Source: a virus
Lineage: Duplodnaviria; Caudoviricetes
IMG/VR virus record: IMGVR_UViG_3300037478_000110
Location: 1 to 50,278 of that record
Length of the DNA: 50,278 nucleotides
Direction: 5' to 3' (one strand)
Numbering within the stretch: position 1 is the stretch's first letter; the number at the start of each line of letters is the position of its first letter. This document shows, in pieces, positions 43,210 to 50,278 of the stretch. The notes beneath the pieces are model-generated. The model searched no databases and had not been told where the DNA came from. It was given only the letters and a program-made list of their open reading frames with translations. A program made the translations under genes and the position numbers.

Positions 43210-44124
43210 ATGGCTGGTGTTATCACCACGGGCAATCACCCGAAAGCACTCTGGCCGGGCGTCCACGCCTGGTGGGGTCAGAAGTACAACGAGCATCCGA
43301 CCGAATATACCGACATTTTCGATGTCAAGACCTCGACCAAGAACTACGAGGAAGATGTCGAGGAGACCGGCTTCGGTCTGGTGCCCGTCAAGGCGGAAGG
43401 CGCGGCAACGGCCTACGACAGCCACGCACAGGGTCCGACCACTCGCTACACGCATGTCGCCTATTCTTCGGGCTTCATCGTGACGCGGGAGGAGATGGAC
43501 GACAACCTGTACAAGGACAAGGCGTTCAAGCGGTCCGCCGCTCTGGCGTTCTCGTTCCGGCAGACGAAGGAAATCATCGCCGCGAACGTCCTGAACCGGG
43601 CGTTCAACTCGTCCTTCACCGGCGGCGATGGTCTGGAACTGTGCTCGACGGCACACGTCACGCTCGACGGCACGCAGTCGAACGAGCTGGCGACTCCGGC
43701 GGACTTCTCCGAAGCCGCCCTTGAGGATCTGCTGATCCAGACCATGAATGCCAAGAACACGCGCGGCTTGCGCATCGGCCTCATGGGCCGCAAGCTGATC
43801 GTGCCCCCGGCACTCGTGTTCGAATGCCAGCGCGTCCTCAAGTCGACGTTGCGGTCCGATACGGCGGACAACGACATCAACGCCGTTCGTTCGATGGGCC
43901 TCCTGCCGGATGGTGTCTGCGTCAACCACTACCTGACCGACACCACCGCATGGTTCATCAAGACCAATGCGCCGGACGCCCTGAATCTGTTCCAGCGTAT
44001 CGGGATCGAGTTCCGCAAGGACAACGATTTCGACACCGACAACGCCAAGGCCAAGGGCTACGAGCGTTGGGGTGCGGGCTGGTCCGACTGGCGCGGGCTC
44101 TTCGCGTCGGCAGGTTCGTCGTAA
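43210..44124 (+). CDS. Major capsid protein (HK97 fold, Mu gpT-like family)
   Basis: LWPG; GFG..PVK.EG...YD; DNLY; TKE..AANVLN; L.VPP.L; YLTD..AWF; D.DFDT.N; G.SDWRG. Confidence 0.9.
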   Translation: MAGVITTGNHPKALWPGVHAWWGQKYNEHPTEYTDIFDVKTSTKNYEEDVEETGFGLVPVKAEGAATAYDSHAQGPTTRYTHVAYSSGFIVTREEMDDNLYKDKAFKRSAALAFSFRQTKEIIAANVLNRAFNSSFTGGDGLELCSTAHVTLDGTQSNELATPADFSEAALEDLLIQTMNAKNTRGLRIGLMGRKLIVPPALVFECQRVLKSTLRSDTADNDINAVRSMGLLPDGVCVNHYLTDTTAWFIKTNAPDALNLFQRIGIEFRKDNDFDTDNAKAKGYERWGAGWSDWRGLFASAGSS

Positions 44125-44134
44125 GCAGCTCTGT

Positions 44135-44156
44135 GAGGGGGTCTTCGGGTCCCCTC
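44135..44156 (+). terminator. Hairpin after the major capsid gene
   Basis: GAGGGG-gtcttcgggt-CCCCTC with a pyrimidine-rich tail. Confidence 0.5.
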
Positions 44157-44251
44157 GCTCCCTTCCCCTGAAATCCCGATCAGACCTTTGCGCACGGTGG
44201 GGCGACCCGTCCCGGCTGCTCCGGCTGCCGTGCGCCGACATGGAGATTCCA

Positions 44252-45265
44252 ATGACGACCCATAGCGACATGCTTTTCCACATGGGCGGTGTTCCCGTCC
44301 CTCCCGGCATTCCGTTCGGCATCGATTCCAAGGTGCTCTTCGTGGCACCGTATCGTACCGGCTCCGAGAACGGTGCCTCGGACGGCAATTCCGGCAAGAC
44401 GCCGCGCCGGGCCAAGAAGACGCTTTCCGCCGCACTTGGCGAGACGAGGGCCGACAAGAACGACGTGATTTTCATGATCGCGTCCGGCAATTCCGCATCC
44501 GAGACCACCGACGACCTGACCGAGACCCTGACATGGGACAAGGACATGGTGCATCTGGTCGGCATCAATGCTGACGGCATGATCGGCGGCCGGTCCCGTA
44601 TCGGCACGCAGACGGTTTCGATTTCCCCGCTGGTCAACATCACGGCCAATGCCTGCCACTTCCACGGCGTCCACGTCTTCCACGGCGTTTCCGCCGATCA
44701 GACCGGGCTTATCGCCGTTCAGGTCACGGGCGACAGGAACGTGTTCACCCGTTGTCACTTTGCCGGCGGCGGTGTCACGACCACGGCCGACGATGCCGGA
44801 ATGCGCTCGCTGAAACTGTCGGGCGCGGCGGAGTGTCTGTTCGAGGATTGTGTTATCGGACTCGATACCATCACGAGGGCGGCGGCGAATGCCGAACTTG
44901 AGATCGACGGCAATTCGACCGTGGACGGGTGCGCCCGCACCATGTTCAGGCGGTGTGTCTTCCCGACTTATTCCGCTTCGGGTGCGAACTTCTTCGTCAT
45001 CGGCGATGCGGACGGCTGGGATCGGTTCATCACGTTCGAGGACTGCATTTTCATCAATGCGGTCCAGTCCGGCGCCACTGCCATGACCGAGGCCCTGAGC
45101 GTCGCGGCGGGCACGTCTCCGAGCGGTCTGATGCTGCTCAAGAGCTGCACCGTAGTCGGGGCGACCGACTGGGAAGCCTCAGGCGAATCCGGCCGCGTCT
45201 ACATCGATGGGGCATCTCCCACAAACAATGCCTCTGGTTTGGCTGTTGTGGTCGAAGCGACCTGA
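44252..45265 (+). CDS. Virion protein with probable right-handed beta-helix
   Basis: GGAG RBS; SDGNSG......KT; repeated F..C.F / FEDC.I. Confidence 0.6.
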   Translation: MTTHSDMLFHMGGVPVPPGIPFGIDSKVLFVAPYRTGSENGASDGNSGKTPRRAKKTLSAALGETRADKNDVIFMIASGNSASETTDDLTETLTWDKDMVHLVGINADGMIGGRSRIGTQTVSISPLVNITANACHFHGVHVFHGVSADQTGLIAVQVTGDRNVFTRCHFAGGGVTTTADDAGMRSLKLSGAAECLFEDCVIGLDTITRAAANAELEIDGNSTVDGCARTMFRRCVFPTYSASGANFFVIGDADGWDRFITFEDCIFINAVQSGATAMTEALSVAAGTSPSGLMLLKSCTVVGATDWEASGESGRVYIDGASPTNNASGLAVVVEAT

Positions 45266-45337
45266 TCGGCCTTCTGACACTTCACTCGGGCGAGGCTTCG
45301 GTCCCGCCCATCTTACCCTTACAACATGGAGGCCATC

Positions 45338-45895
45338 ATGGCTCTGACATCCGGCAAGTATTTCCCCGAGGCAGCTCTGGGGAAGGTTTTCATCGGCTCC
45401 ACCGTCGCGGCGGGAACGGCCTTTCCGATCTCCACCGGGACGGCGGCAACCTTCGGGCTGTGGAACACCAACCCTGACAAATGGGCCGTTCTCCAGCGGC
45501 TGACCGTTGGCTTTACCTCGGGCACCATCGCCCTGGGCACCATCGGTCTCGCCAACGTCAACGGCGGCTTCTCGACTGCGACTGGCAACAACATCTCCGC
45601 TTTCACCGATGGTGTGCTCGGCACCACGATCCGGAACGCGATCATCGGCCAGGGCAACGCGCCATCGATGCGCTTCACCCCGTCGGCGGCCACCGTCGTT
45701 GCCAACACCGCCTGCTACTGGACCGGGATGAGCATCGAATCCGCATCCGCCGGCACCGGGATTTTCACGGCGTCGCACGACTTCGACGGTGGCCTCATCG
45801 TTCCTCCCGGCCAGTTCGTGTTCGTCGCCGGCTCGGTGGCGCAGACCGGGCTGTTCACCATGTCGTTGACCTGGGCCGAGATCGACATCCCGTAG
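45338..45895 (+). CDS. Virion structural protein (hypothetical)
   Basis: GGAGG RBS; beta-rich. Confidence 0.6.
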   Translation: MALTSGKYFPEAALGKVFIGSTVAAGTAFPISTGTAATFGLWNTNPDKWAVLQRLTVGFTSGTIALGTIGLANVNGGFSTATGNNISAFTDGVLGTTIRNAIIGQGNAPSMRFTPSAATVVANTACYWTGMSIESASAGTGIFTASHDFDGGLIVPPGQFVFVAGSVAQTGLFTMSLTWAEIDIP

Positions 45896-45916
45896 CGGTC
45901 GGAAGGGATCAGCCCC

Positions 45917-46306
45917 ATGGCGATGACAACCACGAACCAGATCCTGCATGACGGGGCGAGAAACCTCGTCATGCAGTTCACCGGCACTCATGATGGCTCC
46001 GGCGGCCAGGAAAGCGAGGTCGTCAAGGTCGACGTATCCGCGCTTTCCCCGCCTGCCGAGAAGGTGCAGATCCGCTACCTCGAATTCACCATCGAAGGCG
46101 GGTCCGTCACCCTGCTCTGGGGACATGCCCTCACGGCGGTCCCCTTCCTGGTCCTCACCGGTCATAACACCTTCGATTACAGCCGCATCAGCGGTTTGCC
46201 GAACGGCGCCGGGGACGGGGCAACCGGCGATATCCTGTTGTCCACCACCGGATTTGACAACGGCTCGACCTACACGCTCAAAATCGAGATGGTGAAGAAG
46301 CCGTGA
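45917..46306 (+). CDS. Virion structural protein (hypothetical)
   Basis: DG..ES.V.KVDVSAL ... TGDI..ST motif. Confidence 0.65.
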   Translation: MAMTTTNQILHDGARNLVMQFTGTHDGSGGQESEVVKVDVSALSPPAEKVQIRYLEFTIEGGSVTLLWGHALTAVPFLVLTGHNTFDYSRISGLPNGAGDGATGDILLSTTGFDNGSTYTLKIEMVKKP

Positions 46307-46656
46307 GATGGCGCCGTGGCCGTGACGGGTCTCAGGACCGCTATAAGCACGGCGACTTCAACCGCATCTGCGACCGTTCCGGCTTCAAGGTCAAGGCGTC
46401 GGAAACGCGCCGGGAATGGACCGGGCGTATCGTGCGTGTCGAGGATTGGGAACCGCGCCACCCTCAGGATTTTGTGCGCGCTCGACCCGACCACCAGTCG
46501 GTGGCCTTTCCCCGGCCGGAGCCGGCAAGCGACACGTTCCTCAATCCGAACGAAGTCAATCCGGGCGATCTGGAATCGCCGTTCGACAATCTGCGTGTGA
46601 CTTCCGCTGGCGATCAGCGGCGGGTCGCCGGCGGTGTTCGCAAGGTTCTCCCCTGA
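46303..46656 (+). CDS. Conserved phage protein
   Basis: ICDRSGF......EW.G..V...WEP.HPQ. Confidence 0.7.
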   Translation: MRWRRGRDGSQDRYKHGDFNRICDRSGFKVKASETRREWTGRIVRVEDWEPRHPQDFVRARPDHQSVAFPRPEPASDTFLNPNEVNPGDLESPFDNLRVTSAGDQRRVAGGVRKVLP

Positions 46657-48089
46657 TGGCAAACAAGGCAATCAGCGATCTGACGGCTGTCGATTCGATC
46701 ACGGACGCAACGCTGTTCGAGGTCGAAAAGGGCGACGTGTCCTACAAGGCGACCGGAACGCAGTTCACGACCTATTTCGGCACGCCGATGACCGCCGCCA
46801 CCTACGATCCGGCCGGGATAGAGGAACAACTTGTCGGTCTGACCGCGACACAGACCCTCACCGGCAAGACGCTGACGACACCGACGATCACGCTGAAACA
46901 AGGGGCTGCGCCGGCACCCACGGCGGAAGGCGATGTCCAGTGGGACACCGACGACAACACCATCAAGGTTGGTGACGGCTCGGGCACCAAAACGTTCTCC
47001 GACGACAGCAAGGTTGCCCTTGTCGCCAACAACCTTTCGGACATGACGGCGGCGACGGTGCGCACCAACCTGAACCTCGTTATCGGCACCGATGCCCAGG
47101 CTTGGGATGCTGACCTTGACGCACTCGCCGGGCTGACCAGCGCGGCCAACAAGGTGCCGATGTTCTCCGGCTCCGGCACGGCGACCCTGCTCGACTTCAA
47201 GGACGAAGACGATCTGGTGTCCGACAGCGCCACGGCTGTTGCCTCGCAACAGTCGATCAAGGCGTATGTCGATACCGCTGTCACGGGCGGGGTGTCGGAC
47301 GGCGACAAGGGCGACATCACGGTTTCGAGTTCAGGTTCGGTGTGGACCATCGATGCCGATACCGTCACCTACGACAAGATGCAGGACACCAGCGCGACCG
47401 ATGTCCTGCTCGGGCGTTCCACGGCCGGGGCCGGCACGGTCGAGGAAATCGCCTGCACCGCCTTCGGCCGATCGATCCTCGACGATGCCGACGAAGCGAC
47501 GTTCAAGGCGACGGTCAACCTTGAGCCCGGCACCGACGTTCAAGCCTACGACTCGGTTCTCGATACCCCGGTCGGACAACAGACGATCTGGGTTCCGGCC
47601 GTTGCCATGTATGCCCGCACCACGACGGGCGCCGCGTCGGGCTCGACCGAACTGGCCACCAACGATGTCATGGTCAAGACCTTCGATTTCGATGCGTCGG
47701 CCGATGAGCATGTCCAGTTCGCAATCCAGATGCCGAAGAACTGGGATGAGGGCACGCTGGTCTTTCAGGCGGTGTGGTCGCACCCGTCGACCGACACGAA
47801 TTTCGGCGTCGTCTTCTTCATGCAGGCTGTTGCCTTCGCCAATGACGACGCGCTCGACACCGCGTTCGGCACGGCGGTTTCCGTGACCGACACCGGCGGC
47901 ACGACCGATGACCTCTACATCTCGCCGGAAAGTGCAGCTCTGACCGTGGCCGGCACTCCGGGGGCTGAGGAATACGTCGTGTTCCAGATCTATCGCGATG
48001 TCTCGGATGCCAGCGACACCATGGCGGTCGATGCCCGGCTGCATGGCGTGAAGATCCACTACACCACTGATGTCCTGACGGATGATTGA
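46656..48089 (+). CDS. Fibre-like virion protein
   Basis: MANKAISDL start; repeats G.D.QA.D..L, SQQSIKAYVD, DGDKGDITVS. Confidence 0.7.
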   Translation: MANKAISDLTAVDSITDATLFEVEKGDVSYKATGTQFTTYFGTPMTAATYDPAGIEEQLVGLTATQTLTGKTLTTPTITLKQGAAPAPTAEGDVQWDTDDNTIKVGDGSGTKTFSDDSKVALVANNLSDMTAATVRTNLNLVIGTDAQAWDADLDALAGLTSAANKVPMFSGSGTATLLDFKDEDDLVSDSATAVASQQSIKAYVDTAVTGGVSDGDKGDITVSSSGSVWTIDADTVTYDKMQDTSATDVLLGRSTAGAGTVEEIACTAFGRSILDDADEATFKATVNLEPGTDVQAYDSVLDTPVGQQTIWVPAVAMYARTTTGAASGSTELATNDVMVKTFDFDASADEHVQFAIQMPKNWDEGTLVFQAVWSHPSTDTNFGVVFFMQAVAFANDDALDTAFGTAVSVTDTGGTTDDLYISPESAALTVAGTPGAEEYVVFQIYRDVSDASDTMAVDARLHGVKIHYTTDVLTDD

Positions 48090-48471
48090 CCCTATGTTCT
48101 GCAAAATCACACGCGACTTGTCGACGGTGCTGGAACGCAACAGCATGGTTGCTCCGGTCCCGCCCGAGGAACTTGCTGAAGGCAAGCCCTATTGGGTGCC
48201 GCTGGTCGAAACAGTCGACAATCAGGCCACCGGACCGGAGACGGTATCGAGCACGGCGGAAACCATCCACGCCGACCGGGTTGAACGTGTGCGGACAATC
48301 CGCGACAAGACGGCGCAGGAACTCGACGCCGACAAGACGGCACGGGTCGATGCGGTGGACCGGCTTCAGTTCGAAGTCATGTTCCTGCTGATCAATGAGG
48401 TTCGCACCCTCAAGGGCCAGCCGGAAATCACCCGCCCGCAGTTCAAGACCTTCCTCAAGGGTCTGTTCTGA
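48082..48471 (+). CDS. Hypothetical (fibre assembly-like) protein
   Basis: Coupled; F...NE.R.L.G...IT..QF. Confidence 0.55.
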   Translation: MIDPMFCKITRDLSTVLERNSMVAPVPPEELAEGKPYWVPLVETVDNQATGPETVSSTAETIHADRVERVRTIRDKTAQELDADKTARVDAVDRLQFEVMFLLINEVRTLKGQPEITRPQFKTFLKGLF

Positions 48472-49148
48472 TGGCGACTTCGGGCTCGACAGATTTCAAT
48501 CTCACCGCCGCCGATATCGTCGACAAGGCACTGAAGATGATCGGCGCGGTATCGGCCTATCAGACCGCCAACAGCGTTGACACCAACGATGCCTACAACA
48601 CCCTCAATCTCATGCTCAAGGGCTGGGAGACGCACGGGCCGAACATCTTCCGCTGGAAGGAAGGCTCCGAAACGCTGGTCGCCGATACCGCGTCCTACAC
48701 GCTGGAAACCGACGTGGTGCGGATATCGTCGATCCGCTACCGCGACGCCAATTCGCTCGATACCCCGATGTTCGAAATCAGCCGGGAGGAATATTACAAC
48801 CTGCCCAACAAGACGGTTCAGGGCATTCCGACGCAATGGCATTTCGATGCGCTGAACGCCAGTCCCTTGCTCTACATCTGGCCGGTCAAGGCATCCGTCA
48901 CCACGGAGGCGCTGAAGTACACCTACCAGCGTCGTTTCGAGGATGTCGACGCCGGGTCCAATGATATCGACGTGGCGCAGGAATGGCTTGAAACCGTGCT
49001 CTACAATCTGGCGTCCCGACTGGCGGACGAGCACGGCAAGACCGGCAAGCGGATCGACCGCATCGTTGCACGGGCCGAACTTCTGTTCATGCAGGCCAAG
49101 AGCCACGGCCACGAAGGCACGGTCCAGTTCATGGCGGGCGGCTGGTGA
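48471..49148 (+). CDS. Head-tail adaptor / tail tubular protein A-like
   Basis: MATSG...F; LN.ML..W; ISR.EY..LPNK...G.P.Q; YNLA.RL. Confidence 0.7.
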   Translation: MATSGSTDFNLTAADIVDKALKMIGAVSAYQTANSVDTNDAYNTLNLMLKGWETHGPNIFRWKEGSETLVADTASYTLETDVVRISSIRYRDANSLDTPMFEISREEYYNLPNKTVQGIPTQWHFDALNASPLLYIWPVKASVTTEALKYTYQRRFEDVDAGSNDIDVAQEWLETVLYNLASRLADEHGKTGKRIDRIVARAELLFMQAKSHGHEGTVQFMAGGW

Positions 49149-50278
49149 AAGTCCAGTTCGGCGTTCGGGCCAATGAGGGCCGGTCATTCGCCGTCTCTCG
49201 CGAGATGTGCCGCAACGCCTTTGCTCAGTTGGAGCCGCACGGCAAGAACAATTATGCGGTCTACCGCTCGCCCGGCATCACGACAAAGGTGACGTTGCCA
49301 ACGGGGCCGATCCGGGGCGGGATCGAGCGCGGCGGCAGCCTCTATGTCGTTTCGGGCTCACGAGCCTACAAGGTCGATTCCGACTGGACCTACACCGACA
49401 TCGGCGCCATTGCGGGCGCCGGTCCGGTTTCCATGGCGCAGAACGGTATCGACGTCGCCGTGGCGGCGGAAAGCAAGGGGTATATCCTGTCGTCGACTAC
49501 GGTCACACAGATCACCGATGGAGATTTTTCCGCACCGTCCTTCGTGGTCGCCCTTGATGGCTATTACATCTGGATCAGGGAAAATTCCGATGTCATGGCG
49601 CATTCGGAACTGAACGATGGCGATGCCTACAACTCGCTCGACTTCTTCACCGCCGAAGGCAAGGACGACACCCTGATTGGCCTCGTGGTCGACAAGCGCG
49701 AACTGTGGGCGCTGGGCACCAAGACCGGCGAGATATTCAAGAATACTGGCGGCAATCCGGCCTTCACCGCGATTTCGTCGACCTACATGGACAAGGGGTC
49801 GATGTCCCCTTTTGCCGCCGCCGCCTTCGACAACACGTTCGGCTTTGTCGGCAACGATGGCATCGTTTACCGGGTCAACGGCTACAACCCGGTGCGGATT
49901 TCGACCGCATCGGTGGAGCGCAAGATCGGCCAGTTGAACAAGATCCAGCAGCGCAAGATGGACGCGTTGGTCTACACCATCGACGGCCACCCGACCTATG
50001 TGCTGACCTCAGAGGAATGGTCGTTGGCCTACGATGTCGCCAGCGGGGAATGGCACGAGCGCCGATCGGAAGACTATCCTTACTGGCGAGCCATAGCCCT
50101 GAGCCGGGATATGGAGTCCTTCTTCGGCGATGCGGTCGAGGAAGGCGTGTGGCTGGTCGGCGATCGGGAATCGGGCCGGATCGGCGAGTTGGACCCCGAT
50201 GTCAGGACCGAGTTCGGCGAGACGATTCGCATCGTCACCCTGTCGCAGAACATCAACGACTATCCCCGTCCGGTGCAG
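49145..50278 (+). CDS. P22 gp10-like DNA stabilisation/tail hub protein (3'-truncated)
   Basis: GTG overlaps the upstream stop; frame appears open to the window end; PG......GPIRG; LDFF.AE...D; RIST..VE; .DGH..YVL; YD.....WHER. Confidence 0.8.
   Translation, partial: MKVQFGVRANEGRSFAVSREMCRNAFAQLEPHGKNNYAVYRSPGITTKVTLPTGPIRGGIERGGSLYVVSGSRAYKVDSDWTYTDIGAIAGAGPVSMAQNGIDVAVAAESKGYILSSTTVTQITDGDFSAPSFVVALDGYYIWIRENSDVMAHSELNDGDAYNSLDFFTAEGKDDTLIGLVVDKRELWALGTKTGEIFKNTGGNPAFTAISSTYMDKGSMSPFAAAAFDNTFGFVGNDGIVYRVNGYNPVRISTASVERKIGQLNKIQQRKMDALVYTIDGHPTYVLTSEEWSLAYDVASGEWHERRSEDYPYWRAIALSRDMESFFGDAVEEGVWLVGDRESGRIGELDPDVRTEFGETIRIVTLSQNINDYPRPVQ

Larger units (their letters stand above)
1..50278. 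mobile_element. Temperate podovirus-like (P22-type virion module) phage genome, circularly permuted and nearly complete; probable alphaproteobacterial host
   Basis: Continuous phage gene set (integrase, cI/cro, recombination, replication, terminase, portal, capsid, tail, lysis), no host housekeeping genes, and an intact attP-like site. Confidence 0.95.

Overview
The whole window is a temperate, GC-rich tailed phage genome with P22/podovirus-like virion genes. The host is probably an alphaproteobacterium (inferred from GcrA, the integrase type, the promoter style and the tRNA style). It is circularly permuted: it starts inside the DNA-ejection genes and ends inside a P22 gp10-like tail gene. 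Gene order: ejection and tail-fibre genes (1-4841); lysis region with a secreted serine protease, GH24 endolysin, holin-like and spanin-like genes (5479-9447); a long leftward early arm with HNH-AP2, an intact attP-like site, integrase/xis, NinB, YqaJ exonuclease and ERF (9454-23751); a lambda-like cI/cro switch with five GCCAC-N5-GTGGC-type operators (23790-24715); a rightward arm with an MT-A70 methylase, GcrA, NrdR-like, DnaA-C, replication initiator and NusG-like antiterminator; a late promoter and tRNA cluster; then TerS, a split TerL, portal, GroES, scaffold, major capsid and tail genes. Most notable features: (1) three promoter-driven, highly structured antisense RNAs flanking the endolysin, two sharing a bulged closing stem; (2) an attP whose core is the 5' end of a tRNA(Gln)-like gene preceded by a phage-supplied promoter; (3) TerL split in two by an antisense leaderless gene; (4) a recurring design of leaderless antisense cassettes; (5) an 8/4-fold tRNA-Ser(CGA); (6) a same-strand GGGTCCC cluster in the packaging region; (7) a PD-(D/E)XK nuclease that appears to have captured the N-terminus of the MT-A70 gene. 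All product calls come from motif recognition by eye; no database searches or folding programs were run.
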